A stretch of DNA of 64,000 bases from the NCBI GenBank assembly GCA_963740355.1, contig CAVUDW010000003.1, forward strand, positions 256,001-320,000, in the 5' to 3' direction. The notes under the pieces were generated by a model, which saw only the letters and a list, made by a program, of their open reading frames with translations, did not search any database and was not told the DNA's origin. Of this stretch, positions 10,087 to 20,362 are shown piece by piece. The DNA comes from an uncultured Gemmatimonadaceae bacterium. GTDB lineage: Bacteria; Gemmatimonadota; Gemmatimonadetes; Gemmatimonadales; Gemmatimonadaceae. Within the stretch, counting starts at the first letter, position 1, and each line of letters starts with the position of its first letter. The position numbers were made by a program, and so were the translations under genes.

Positions 10087-11460
10087 CTAGTTCCCGCCGA
10101 TGGTGACGGAGGCGGGGTCGAGGGTGCCGGTGTAGTAGGACATCAGCGACTGCTGGAAGATCAGGGTGTAGCGGGCGTTCACGAGGGCGCTGGCGGCGGA
10201 GACCTGGGCGGCGCGGGAGACGGAGACTTCCGTCAGGGTGGCCGCGCCAACGCGGTAGCGTTCCTGGACGGCGGACAGTGCGAGGTCGGCGGACCGCTGC
10301 TGCGCGCGCGCTGCGATCAGCTGGTCGACTGCCGATTGGTAGTCGAGGAAGGCGCGACGGACCTCGAGCGCGACCGTCTGACGCTGGCGATCGTTGACCA
10401 GGCGCGCATTCGACAAGCTGATCGACGCCTGTTGCGTTGCGACTTTCGACGCGCCGCGATCGAAGAGCGGGACCGACAACGACAGTCCCAGTGACCCGCC
10501 CTTGCGCTGGTTCAGCTGATCCGAAAAGCTCGCGTCGGTGAGGCTCGTGTACGCCGTGTTGTATCCCGCACTGAGCGAAATGCTCGGCCAGCGAGTGGAG
10601 CTCGACGTCTTCAGTGCTTCGTTGGCGGCGTCCACGCGCAGCTTGGCGGCCGTCAGGTCGGAGCGATCGGTGAACGCGCCCGCCATCAGGCCGTCCAGTG
10701 TCAGCGGGACCGCCGTGCGCGTCGAGTCCACCGCGGGTGCCGCGAAGTCGTACGTCTGCATCGGGTCCAGCTGCAGCGTCTGGATCAGGTCAACCTTTGC
10801 CAGTTCCACGGCGCGACGCGCACTGACGACGCCAGACTGCGCCGTGGCCACCGCCGCTTCCTGCTGGTACTGGTCCGCGATCGAGTTCCGACCGGCCTTC
10901 ACGAACAGCAGCACCTGCTGCAGCTGCTGTTGCTGCGCGATCAGGTTGCCCTCCTGCACGCCCTGCTGCTCCTGCAGCGTGACCAGCGAAAGGAAGTTCG
11001 ATGCCACCGTGAACACCACCGTCTGTCGCGCGCGCGCGAGGTCACTGGCACTGGCACTTTCACTGAAACGCGCCTGCTTCAGCAACGACAGATTCTGGAA
11101 GCCGTTGAAGAGCGTGACGCCAGAGGTGACTCCGGCGTTGAGCGTCTGCGACGTCTGGTTCACCAGACTGCCTGCCGTCTGGTTGAAGCTCTGTCCGATG
11201 TTGCCGGAGGTGCTCGTATTGAGCGCCAGGTTCGGCAGGAACTGGTTGCGCTGCTGCTGCACCGTGACGGCCGTCAGCGCCTTGGCGTTCTCCGCCTGCT
11301 TCAACGTGATGTTCTGCTGCAATGCGATCTTGACGGCGTCGCCGAAGGTAATTCGCTTCGGCACCGGCGCTGTCGCCTGCGCGCCGGCGACTGCAGGCAG
11401 CTGCAGCGCGGCTGCGACGGCCAGCAGCCGCAGGGTGTGCGTGATTGTTCTCGTGTTCAC
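10087..11460 (-). CDS. TolC family outer membrane efflux protein
   Basis: Signal peptide, two OEP repeats (ALQQN...FLPNL; LSVPLFDRG; ERYRVGAATLTEV); last gene of MFP-ABC operon. Confidence 0.92.
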   Translation of the reverse strand: MNTRTITHTLRLLAVAAALQLPAVAGAQATAPVPKRITFGDAVKIALQQNITLKQAENAKALTAVTVQQQRNQFLPNLALNTSTSGNIGQSFNQTAGSLVNQTSQTLNAGVTSGVTLFNGFQNLSLLKQARFSESASASDLARARQTVVFTVASNFLSLVTLQEQQGVQEGNLIAQQQQLQQVLLFVKAGRNSIADQYQQEAAVATAQSGVVSARRAVELAKVDLIQTLQLDPMQTYDFAAPAVDSTRTAVPLTLDGLMAGAFTDRSDLTAAKLRVDAANEALKTSSSTRWPSISLSAGYNTAYTSLTDASFSDQLNQRKGGSLGLSLSVPLFDRGASKVATQQASISLSNARLVNDRQRQTVALEVRRAFLDYQSAVDQLIAARAQQRSADLALSAVQERYRVGAATLTEVSVSRAAQVSAASALVNARYTLIFQQSLMSYYTGTLDPASVTIGGN

Positions 11461-11503
11461 GGTATGGACTCCAGGTTGACCAGGACGTGCTGTCGCGCGC
11501 GGA

Positions 11504-12724
11504 TCACTCGTAGCGCAGCGCCTGAATGGGATTCATCGAAGCCGCCTTGCGGGCCGGGTAGTAGCCAAAGAAGACACCGACTGCCGCCGAGAAACCGACC
11601 GCGATCACCACGGCCGACCAGGGCGTCGCGGTGGCCCAGCCAGTGAACTTGCCGAGGATCGCGGCGCCGCCGAGTCCCACCAGCAGGCCGATCACGCCGC
11701 CAAGCACGCTCATCACGATGCTCTCGATCAGGAACTGCGTCAGCACATCCGATCCGCGCGCGCCAATCGCCATGCGAATGCCGATCTCGCGGGTGCGCTC
11801 GGTGACCGACACCAGCATGATGTTCATGATCCCGATGCCACCGACGATCAGCGAGATCGACGCGATGGCCGCCAGCAGTCCAGTCATCACGCTGGTGGTG
11901 CTGGTTGCTGCGGCGGCGATGGCCGTCTGGTCTCGCACGGTGAAGTCGTCGGGCACGTTGCCACCGTTGAGCTGGTGTGCATCGCGCATGATCTGCTTCA
12001 CCTCCTCGATCGCCGCTGGAATCACCTGTGTCGAGGTCGTGCTGCCGAGGATCTGCGCGAGGAAGCTGAAGCCGCTGAGCCGATCCTGCGCGGTGGTGTA
12101 CGGCACCAGCACCACGTCGTCCTGGTCGCTTCCGGACGCAGTCTGCCCCTTCGAGGCCAGCACACCGACCACGGTGAAGGGAGAGCGCCCCAACTGCACC
12201 GAGGCGCCGACGGCATTGCCATCGGGGAAGAGATTGGTCGCCACGGTGCTGCCGAGCACCACCACCTTCTTCTTCGAGCGCACGTCGTCGTCGGAGAAGA
12301 GTTCACCGCTGGTCACGCTCCAGTTGCGGATCGTGAGGTATTCGGTGGAGACACCGTTCACACCCGTGCGCCAGTTCCCTGCCCCGCCGATCACCTGCGT
12401 GCGCGTCACGATCACGGGCGACACCGCGTTGAGCAGCGTGGAGTTGGCCTTGATCTTGTCCGCGTCGGCGATGGTCAGGCGATTGAACGTGCCGGCACCC
12501 TGACTGGCGCCGCCCTGCGCCGTGCTTCCGGCCGTGATGACGATCATGTTCGTACCAAGATTGCCGATCTGCTTCTCGATCTGCGACTGCGCGCCGTTGC
12601 CGATGGCGACCATCACGATCACGGCGCCGACACCGATCACGATGCCGAGCATCGTGAGCATGGTGCGCAGCTTGTTCTTCACGATGCTCTGCGTTGCGAC
12701 CTTGAACAGGGTGGCCTTCTTCAT
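11504..12724 (-). CDS. MacB/YknZ-type ABC transporter permease
   Basis: NKLRTMLTMLGIVIGVGAVI, GGIGIMNIMLVSVTERTREIGIRMAIGA, GYYPARKAASMNPIQALRYE. Confidence 0.95.
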   Translation of the reverse strand: MKKATLFKVATQSIVKNKLRTMLTMLGIVIGVGAVIVMVAIGNGAQSQIEKQIGNLGTNMIVITAGSTAQGGASQGAGTFNRLTIADADKIKANSTLLNAVSPVIVTRTQVIGGAGNWRTGVNGVSTEYLTIRNWSVTSGELFSDDDVRSKKKVVVLGSTVATNLFPDGNAVGASVQLGRSPFTVVGVLASKGQTASGSDQDDVVLVPYTTAQDRLSGFSFLAQILGSTTSTQVIPAAIEEVKQIMRDAHQLNGGNVPDDFTVRDQTAIAAAATSTTSVMTGLLAAIASISLIVGGIGIMNIMLVSVTERTREIGIRMAIGARGSDVLTQFLIESIVMSVLGGVIGLLVGLGGAAILGKFTGWATATPWSAVVIAVGFSAAVGVFFGYYPARKAASMNPIQALRYE

Positions 12725-13506
12725 GCGATCCCCGCCGGTTCAGTGACTGCCTGCAACGCCGCCAGGTCCGCCGCCGCATTGTGGCGATCGGTGACTGGCG
12801 TGTCCCGGATGATCCGGCCATCGCGCATTTCGACGATCCGCTTCGCGTATTGCGCCACATCCATCTCGTGAGTCACGATGATGATCGTGATGCCCTGCGC
12901 ATTCAGCTCCTGGAAGAGCGCCATCACATCGACCGTGGTCTGGCTGTCGAGGTTACCCGTCGGCTCGTCGGCAAGGAGCAACGTCGGTTGCGTCACGATG
13001 GCCCGCGCAATCGCCACGCGCTGCTGTTGACCTCCTGACAGTTCACTCGGCTCATGATCGAGGCGCGAACCAAGGCCGACGCGGGTCAACGCGGCGGCGG
13101 CCAGCGCGCGGGTGTCCTTCCACCGCGACGCACGATCGTAGAGCAACGGCAGCTCGACATTGTCGAGCGCCGTCGTGCGCGCCAGCAGGTTGAACCCCTG
13201 AAAGACGAACCCCAGCTTCTGGTTGCGCAGGTCGGCCAGCTGATCGCGGCTCATGCCGTTCACCGGGACGCCGTCCAGCACATACGAACCTTCTGACGGC
13301 GTGTCGAGGCAGCCGACGATGTTCATCATCGTCGACTTGCCCGATCCCGACGCACCGATGATCGCGATCATTTCTCCCGGCTGCACGGTGAGATCGACGC
13401 CGCGCATGGCGAGCACCTCGTTGGTGCCCATCACGTAGCGCTTCACGACCTTCGACAGCTGGATGACCGGACCGCCCGGCGCGGGCCGCGGCGACGAGGA
13501 AGCCAT
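12721..13506 (-). CDS. MacB/LolD-type ABC transporter ATP-binding protein
   Basis: Walker [10 protein letters not shown], signature [14 protein letters not shown], Walker [12 protein letters not shown]. Confidence 0.95.
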   Translation of the reverse strand: MASSSPRPAPGGPVIQLSKVVKRYVMGTNEVLAMRGVDLTVQPGEMIAIIGASGSGKSTMMNIVGCLDTPSEGSYVLDGVPVNGMSRDQLADLRNQKLGFVFQGFNLLARTTALDNVELPLLYDRASRWKDTRALAAAALTRVGLGSRLDHEPSELSGGQQQRVAIARAIVTQPTLLLADEPTGNLDSQTTVDVMALFQELNAQGITIIIVTHEMDVAQYAKRIVEMRDGRIIRDTPVTDRHNAAADLAALQAVTEPAGIA

Positions 13507-14828
13507 TAGAAGCCTCCCGGTCCGCGTGGACCGCCCTGACGCTGCGTCTGCTGGAACGGGTTGGCCGCTGCCGCGCCGGCCGCACCTGCGGCACCGGTCG
13601 ACGCACCGACCACCACCTTCATCCCTTCCACCAGTTCCCGCCCGCTGACCTGCGTCTTCTGACCGTCGCTGATGCCGGTCCGCACGCGAATACGTGCCAG
13701 GTGACCGAGCGAATCCATCACCCAGAGCACACCGACGGAATCCGAGGGTGGGCGACGCGGCCGCGGTGCCGCGTTACCGAACGGGGGACCGTTGCCACCC
13801 GACACCGCGGGGGCTGCACCAGGGGTTGCCCCCGGTGGGGTGCCAGCGGCGCCAGGTTCACCCGGACGTCGGGTGGGCGTCAGCAGCGTGCTGTCCTTCC
13901 CCAGCATCTCGGCCGTGGGCGTGAAGCGCAGCGCCGAATTGGCGACCGCGAGCACGTTCTCGGCCTTGCTGGTGAGGAACTTGACGGTGGCGGTCATGCC
14001 TGGCAGCAGCTTGCCGTCGGTGTTCGCCACGGCGAGCACCACTGTGTAGTTCACGACGTTGTCCGTCACTGCCGACAACAGGCGCTTCTGCTTGACTGTG
14101 GCGGGAAAGGTGCGCGTCGGGAATGCAGCCACCGTGAAGGTCGCGGTCTGTCCAACGGCGATCTTGCCGATGTCGCTTTCGTCGACGGACGCGAGGATCT
14201 GCATCTCGGTCAGGCTTTCAGCGATGCGGAAGATTTCCGGCGTCGAGAGACTGGCAGCCACCGTCTGTCCCAGCTCCACGGCGCGCGACACGATCACGCC
14301 GTCGATCGGTGAATGAATCGAGGTGTAGGCGAGATTCTGTCGCGTGCGATCGAGGCTGATCTGCGCCGACTTCACATTCGACTGCGCAAGCCGGTAGGTG
14401 ACCTGGATCGTGGTGAACTCGGTCGCTGTGATGACCTGCGCGTCGTACAGCGTCTTGTTGCGATCGAACTCCGCTTTCGCTTGTGCCAGCTGGGCTTCGG
14501 CGCGATCGAGCGCGGCCTGCGATTCAGCAACCGCTTGCTGCTGCAAGGTCGGATCGATCCGAGCCAGCAGCTGGCCTTTCTTCACCTTGTCGTTGAAATC
14601 GACGTAGAGCGCAGAAACCTGCCCCGAGACCTGCGTGCCAACTTGCACCGTGCGCACGGCGCTCAGCGCACCCGTGGCCGACACGGTCGACTCGAGACTG
14701 GTGCGCTCGAGAGCAGCCGTACGGAATGACGGGGTGCTGCTCGCCTCGGACCGCTTCTGGTACCAGTAGTAGCCCGCACCAGCGACGGCGACCAGCGCTA
14801 CGGCCAGGCCCACGCGCGTCTTGTTCAT
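13506..14828 (-). CDS. efflux periplasmic adaptor (MacA/YknX-like MFP)
   Basis: N-terminal TM anchor, VQVGTQVSGQV, VKKGQLLARID, SPIDGVIVSR, VDESDIG, LLPGMTA. Confidence 0.93.
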   Translation of the reverse strand: MNKTRVGLAVALVAVAGAGYYWYQKRSEASSTPSFRTAALERTSLESTVSATGALSAVRTVQVGTQVSGQVSALYVDFNDKVKKGQLLARIDPTLQQQAVAESQAALDRAEAQLAQAKAEFDRNKTLYDAQVITATEFTTIQVTYRLAQSNVKSAQISLDRTRQNLAYTSIHSPIDGVIVSRAVELGQTVAASLSTPEIFRIAESLTEMQILASVDESDIGKIAVGQTATFTVAAFPTRTFPATVKQKRLLSAVTDNVVNYTVVLAVANTDGKLLPGMTATVKFLTSKAENVLAVANSALRFTPTAEMLGKDSTLLTPTRRPGEPGAAGTPPGATPGAAPAVSGGNGPPFGNAAPRPRRPPSDSVGVLWVMDSLGHLARIRVRTGISDGQKTQVSGRELVEGMKVVVGASTGAAGAAGAAAANPFQQTQRQGGPRGPGGF

Positions 14829-15058
14829 GGATTTGTGTGCTCGTGTTGCAGGGGCGTGTTGCAACGCCGCACGGATGCCATCGCGCGGCGTCGTCACAGC
14901 CATCAGGATGCGGTCACAGGGTGTGACGCGCGGCGGTGATGTACATGACTCTCTGTCAGTACCTACACGGCGCCCTGCGGGAGCGTTGGGTGCCTGGGGT
15001 CACGTTCGGGGTCACGCGCGCCATCGCCAGCTCGGTTGCCCGCGCACGGGCCAGCGAG

Positions 15059-16549
15059 CTACCGGGGGCTGTTGGCGTAGGGATAGCCCTTGGCCAACAG
15101 GGCTGTCAGGGTCCGATCGTGGCCGTAGATGTCGTCGTAGAAGAGCACCTCGCCGTCCTCGCGTGCCACCGTGGTGGCGTACACGATGTGAACCGGCACC
15201 GGGCGCGACAGGTTCACCTGATGAGGCGTCGTCTCACGCATCGCGGTCTCGATTGCCGTCGAGTCCCATGCGGGCTGGTCACGGAGCAGGAAACGCGCGA
15301 GCCGCGCCGGTTCGGCAAGCCTGATGCAGCCATGGCTCGCGTCGCGACGCACCCGCGCAAAGATCTGCTGCGCAGGTGTGTCGTGCATGTAGACATTGAA
15401 GTCATTCGGGAAGATGAACTTCACGCGACCGAGCGCGTTGTCCGCACCGGGCCGTTGTCGAATGCGCGCCTGTCCTGCAGCCGCAGCCGACACCGCGCTG
15501 GCAGAGGTGCCCAGCACCCGTCCGCTGTTGCTCACGACCTCATAATGATTTCGTGCGAGGTATCGGCTATCGCGTCGCGCCTTGGGGATGATTTCCTTCC
15601 GCATGATGCTCGGCGGAATATCCCAATACGGCGCAAAGATCAGGTAGCGCATCGCACCACTGAACACCGGGGTCCGATGGTTGTATGCCCGGCCGACCAC
15701 CACATCCATGCTGATCAGGTCCGACTCGCGATCCGTCGTGGCGGTGAACGCATGCAGCCGAAAGGCGGGGATGTTGACGATGATCGGCGGTGGATCGCCG
15801 ATGCTGTGCGGCAACCAGCGCCACCGCTCCAGTGTGAGCACCATACGGGCAATCCGGGACGCCGAGTCGCGTGCCGCCTTGGTCAACGTACCGCCGCCAA
15901 CCTCAACGCGAACGGACGAATCACCCACCGCGGACCGATACCGCGCCAACGCGTCCTTCAGCAAGTGATAGTGCAGGAAGGGAGGCTCAGCCTGATCGAA
16001 CTGCAGCGATGGATTCGCCGAACGCGCCATTGTACGAACTGCTGCAATCACATCGTACACTTCCCTTGGGAAGCCGAGGCTCGCATGCGCCGCCTTGGCC
16101 GACACACGACCGAACCGCAACGAGCGGAGCGCTCGGATTGCGGCCGTACTGAGCATCAGGTCGAACTCCGCTTGCGCCTGCGGCGTCGCAAGCGCACTCG
16201 ATGCCAACTGATTCAGTCGCACCACGTCGTAATCGGACGGGCGCAGGCCTCGTGCCTCGATCATCGACAATTGCTGGATGACCAGCCTGGCTGGTGCCGT
16301 TGCGGTGCCTCCGTCGCTCCAGACGGGCTCGCCCGCGGGCACCGCGTACACGGCACGCAAGTCAGCCGCGACGTCGGTGAGGAGCGGCCATCGCTGCACC
16401 TTGTGCCGACCGGTCGCGACGGTGGAAAGAACGATCTGGTTGATTGGCCCTGGCGGAACAGTCGTCGCAGGGATTTGTGCGTCAAGCGTCGTCCGAGGGC
16501 ACTGGCAACCGAATGCCAGCAGGACCACACCAAAAAATCGCCGTATCAG
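15059..16549 (-). CDS. L,D-transpeptidase, YcbB/LdtD-like
   Basis: LERWRWLP, IVNIPAFRL, RQRPGADNALGRVKFIFPN, catalytic YMHDTP...SHGCIRL; start at GTG 16528 or CTG 16549 (see findings). Confidence 0.9.
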   Translation of the reverse strand: MIRRFFGVVLLAFGCQCPRTTLDAQIPATTVPPGPINQIVLSTVATGRHKVQRWPLLTDVAADLRAVYAVPAGEPVWSDGGTATAPARLVIQQLSMIEARGLRPSDYDVVRLNQLASSALATPQAQAEFDLMLSTAAIRALRSLRFGRVSAKAAHASLGFPREVYDVIAAVRTMARSANPSLQFDQAEPPFLHYHLLKDALARYRSAVGDSSVRVEVGGGTLTKAARDSASRIARMVLTLERWRWLPHSIGDPPPIIVNIPAFRLHAFTATTDRESDLISMDVVVGRAYNHRTPVFSGAMRYLIFAPYWDIPPSIMRKEIIPKARRDSRYLARNHYEVVSNSGRVLGTSASAVSAAAAGQARIRQRPGADNALGRVKFIFPNDFNVYMHDTPAQQIFARVRRDASHGCIRLAEPARLARFLLRDQPAWDSTAIETAMRETTPHQVNLSRPVPVHIVYATTVAREDGEVLFYDDIYGHDRTLTALLAKGYPYANSPR

Positions 16550-19470
16550 GGGTTCCTCACGTCACGTGGCTGAATGTCGTGCGGCCGGGGGGCATGTGGC
16601 GAAACGTCGCGTGGTTCCGGTGCAGGTTCCAGGGCGGCGTCCAGCACGACATCGACCGCTCCGCCCACGACAGGGGGCCGGAATGCACCACGCTCCCACG
16701 GCAAGCGAAATCCTGCAGCCCGCAGTTCTGGCATGGTGATGTAGCGCACACGAGTAATTGTATTGCTTGCGACCTGCAAAATGCGGAATCCCTGGAAGTT
16801 CGGACCAGGAACATCGGCATTCGTGTCCTTGTCCGCGCGTGTATTACTCCCCGGTCCGAGCGCCGCGGTCTGCACCACCACCGGCGCGTGTGCGCGCCAC
16901 CATTCTGCCGGCGTTGACGCGCTGGCCAGCGGCGAGGCATAGGGTGGCACGTTGAACGTGGAGAGGTCCTTCCAGACTGCACCAGGGCGATTGTCGGTGA
17001 TCTGGTGCACGGCGCCGGTCACCGGTGCCCCCGCTTCGACTGGCACGAGGTATCGACGCGCTGCGTCCTTGACCCACCACTTGTCGCCGGCCAGGCGCAT
17101 CGGGTAGTAGCTGGGGGGATTCTCTAGATAGTGATCGGTGTAAAACTCCACCTTGGAGGCCTGTGCATTCCATCGCAGGCGATAGTCGAATCGGCGATGC
17201 CCGTGTCCGCTGAGGACGAGGGTCACCGGCCGGGCGCCTGACGCACCGGCAAACAGCTTGACCAGCTCCTCCTGCTGGCCAATCGCAATGCCGTAGTCGA
17301 GCAGGTCTTCCACCGTGCCGATGTGGAAATACGGGGTGCCGTTGCGCGGCCAGGAGGCGTGCGCGGTGAGCGCGGTCGGCAGCGGCAGGCCGTTGGGAGC
17401 GACGACGCCGGCCGGCGCGACGCGACGCAGAAAAGCCGTCACCTGCTTCACGTCAGCGACGCCATGCATCGTCTCGCGAAAGTGTGCCAGCATCTCGTTG
17501 TTCATCGGGTTCAGCGGCGGCGCGTGCATGCCGACGACGACGAACCCGGCCGCACCCGCCTGCCCGATCGCCCGTTGCAGCAGCGCCAGCTCACCTGTGT
17601 CGATCCCCACCGAGTCTGGACTTCCCGCCATGAAGTTCTCCGAGCTCTCCGTGCCGAAACCGAGCTTCGTGATCAAGCCATCAGTCACCGACGTCGTGAT
17701 GTCCTTGTCATGCCGGGTATCGAGCATCACCACACGATTGATGCCGAATGGCACCGTGTACGAGCGACGTCGGTTCAGCCGTCGGAAGTAGTAGTGGGTG
17801 CCATCTCGCATCGCCGGATCCACCAGCACGCTCTTCGCGGCCACCTCCGGCTTGAGCACGGGGATGTAGTACGACGGGTCGTTGCGCCGACGGAGGCCGA
17901 TCAGCCGCTGCGCTTCCGGGGCGGTGACGTTCAGGCCCTGATACTGACGTTGCGTGTCCTGCAGGCCAAGCGAGAGGGCGGCGATCGGATCGACCAGCGG
18001 AATGAGACCGAGCCCCGGGATGGCGTCGATGATGTTTCCCACGCCGTCGAACAGGTCCTCGAGCGCATCGCCGATGAACGGGATCTCGCCGAGGATCGAG
18101 CCGGTCGAGATCTTCACCTTGAACAGCAACGGATACGGGTTGGCGCGATAGTCGTGATTACCGAGTGAGGTGAACACCGGCACCCGCAACGCTTCACTCG
18201 GCGGAGACTCCCTGTCCGGTGAAGGCGCCTGCCCGCGCACGAGGTTCTCGAAGAGCCGGAAGTTTCCTGGCCCGTGTGGATGATCACCCACCTCGCGGAC
18301 GTAGTCGACCAGATCACCGGTGGCGAGGATCGCATCCAGCAAGCCAGCCGAGTGCAAGTGATTGGCGTATCGGATGAAGTCACGAAACGCGTCGTTCCAG
18401 TTGTTGAGCAACGCGATGTTGTCCTCGGCAACACCCGCGGCGCGCAGCGTCTTCCGATACGACTCGATCCGTCGACTGATGTGCAGGTCGGTAATGTGCG
18501 CGAGGTTGAATGTCGCCCAGTCGGAGCGCGCGTACACGCAGTGGGGCGAGATCACGATCGGGGCACGCCCGGGGCTGCGCAATGCCAGTGAATAGAGCGT
18601 CCGGCGGACGAGTGGCGAACCCGCATCGGCTACGACGCCGCCAGCGACCTCGAGGCCGGTGACGACGCGCGCGAGAACACCACCACCATCCATGGGATGC
18701 GGCGCGTGTGCCGTGAAGTCGAGGAGCCGCTCCGTTCCCGATCCCAGCGCACGCGCCGATGGCGCCAGCTCGACCGTCGCCTGTGATGGCGCGCCAGCGA
18801 TCGGCACGAGCACGAGTCGATCGCGCCAGAGATCGGCGGCCAGCGTCGGATGTGAATCGAGCGCCGCAATCGCACCCGAGAAGCGCACCCACTGCGTGAA
18901 GACTGGCTGCTGCGGATCGACGAGCTGTGGGCAGCCCAGCTGTGGCGCGATCAACACGCCGATGAGCACTGCGTCACTCCCATCGGCGTGCCAGAGCACA
19001 CCACGCTCGAACCAGGCGGCACTGCCACCGCTCAGTCGTGTCACATCCAGCATCGGAGCGCCGAGCGCGCCGAGCACACCACCAAGGGAGCGCCATGCAT
19101 TGAAGAGGGGGCCGAACAGCCGGACACCACCCGTTCCCGGCACCCACGCAATCGTTCCCCACTCGAAATTCGAGACGGGATATTCGCCGTCGTCGCTGGC
19201 GTGTTCATCACTGGTGGGATACCCAAGTTCCCGCACACCGGTCGCGGGATTCGCACCAGGCCCACCGCCGTTCAGGTACCGCGTGAGGATCCCGCCATGC
19301 ACCTCGAATGCACCGGTGTTTGCATGCCAGTAGATGTTGCCGCGCGCATATCGTCGCACGAATCCGCCGGAGCCTGAAGCGGTCAGCGGGGCGAGCGCAT
19401 TCCCGAGATCGAGGCCACGATTGCGCAGTGCGTGATAGTGCCCATCAACTGCCTGAGCCGGCGTTGGCAT
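16546..19470 (-). CDS. LGFP-repeat protein fused to calcineurin-like metallophosphoesterase
   Basis: N-terminal repeats (GNIYWHANTGAFEVHGGILTRY...LGYPTSDE; LGAPMLD...FERGVLW); all five MPE motifs: TDLH, GDLVD, GNHD, MHAPP, SGHGH. Confidence 0.8.
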   Translation of the reverse strand: MPTPAQAVDGHYHALRNRGLDLGNALAPLTASGSGGFVRRYARGNIYWHANTGAFEVHGGILTRYLNGGGPGANPATGVRELGYPTSDEHASDDGEYPVSNFEWGTIAWVPGTGGVRLFGPLFNAWRSLGGVLGALGAPMLDVTRLSGGSAAWFERGVLWHADGSDAVLIGVLIAPQLGCPQLVDPQQPVFTQWVRFSGAIAALDSHPTLAADLWRDRLVLVPIAGAPSQATVELAPSARALGSGTERLLDFTAHAPHPMDGGGVLARVVTGLEVAGGVVADAGSPLVRRTLYSLALRSPGRAPIVISPHCVYARSDWATFNLAHITDLHISRRIESYRKTLRAAGVAEDNIALLNNWNDAFRDFIRYANHLHSAGLLDAILATGDLVDYVREVGDHPHGPGNFRLFENLVRGQAPSPDRESPPSEALRVPVFTSLGNHDYRANPYPLLFKVKISTGSILGEIPFIGDALEDLFDGVGNIIDAIPGLGLIPLVDPIAALSLGLQDTQRQYQGLNVTAPEAQRLIGLRRRNDPSYYIPVLKPEVAAKSVLVDPAMRDGTHYYFRRLNRRRSYTVPFGINRVVMLDTRHDKDITTSVTDGLITKLGFGTESSENFMAGSPDSVGIDTGELALLQRAIGQAGAAGFVVVGMHAPPLNPMNNEMLAHFRETMHGVADVKQVTAFLRRVAPAGVVAPNGLPLPTALTAHASWPRNGTPYFHIGTVEDLLDYGIAIGQQEELVKLFAGASGARPVTLVLSGHGHRRFDYRLRWNAQASKVEFYTDHYLENPPSYYPMRLAGDKWWVKDAARRYLVPVEAGAPVTGAVHQITDNRPGAVWKDLSTFNVPPYASPLASASTPAEWWRAHAPVVVQTAALGPGSNTRADKDTNADVPGPNFQGFRILQVASNTITRVRYITMPELRAAGFRLPWERGAFRPPVVGGAVDVVLDAALEPAPEPRDVSPHAPRPHDIQPRDVRNP

Positions 19471-19699
19471 CGGATCCCCCCGGCGGTGACCGCCGTGTCT
19501 CGGAGCGTCGCGCGAAGAAATTGCAGCGTGTGCCAGTTCAACGCCGGCCACAGTGCAATTCTCTCGCGTGCGCTGCTACACGCAACAACGCCGACGCTGT
19601 CAGGGCGTCGGCGTTGTCGCACGGCAGTTCGCGAGATGCGATGCACCGCGCCTTGCGGTCACCAGACTCGACGGGCGCACACGACGCATCGGCGTCACG

Positions 19700-20218
19700 T
19701 CAAAACGCACGCCCGATCGAGATCCGCGCGGTCGGCAGCGTCAAACTTGCACCGCTGACTTCGGTTCCCAGTGCGATCAGCCGTCGCGCACCAGTACCCA
19801 GCGTCACGGCAAATCGCTTGCGCGGTCCGAGCAACCACTGGTAGTCGAGGGCAAAGCCGATCGACGCTGCGGTCCCGGATTCATTCGGCTCGGTGTCACG
19901 CGTCCCGATCTGCGTCAGTCCCGCAGTGACGCCGACGCCAAAACCCTCGAGCGCCTTCTCCTGCGGATAGTACCGGTACTTGACCTCACCCGAGAGGTAC
20001 GAGAAGAGCTCCGGCCGGTAGAGTGCTCCGCTCACCCCCCACGAGCTACTCGGCGAAATCTTGCGTTCATACTCGGCCCCGAAGACGCCGAAGACGAGGC
20101 TGATCGGCGAGATGCTGACCACCTGCGAAACCGGCTTCACATCCTGGGCGGCGGCAAGTGATGGCAGGGCCACACCAAGCGCTGCGACAAGGAACGAGCG
20201 GCGTGCACGAGCGAGCAT
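19700..20218 (-). CDS. small outer-membrane beta-barrel protein (DUF3575-like)
   Basis: Signal peptide AAA|Q, alternating beta-strand pattern (GAEYER, KYRYYP, LDYQWLLG), C-terminal ISIGRAF. Confidence 0.65.
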   Translation of the reverse strand: MLARARRSFLVAALGVALPSLAAAQDVKPVSQVVSISPISLVFGVFGAEYERKISPSSSWGVSGALYRPELFSYLSGEVKYRYYPQEKALEGFGVGVTAGLTQIGTRDTEPNESGTAASIGFALDYQWLLGPRKRFAVTLGTGARRLIALGTEVSGASLTLPTARISIGRAF

Positions 20219-20362
20219 GATTGTGTCTCTGGAGTGTCGCTGGAAGGCAGTCTCGAGTGAACGAACCACCCGGGATGTAACTGGGGCATCCACGCTGTCA
20301 AGCGAGGCACACGCAAGTCGCGATGATTGCGCGATGGAGACTCTCCACGCATGGTTCCGGGC

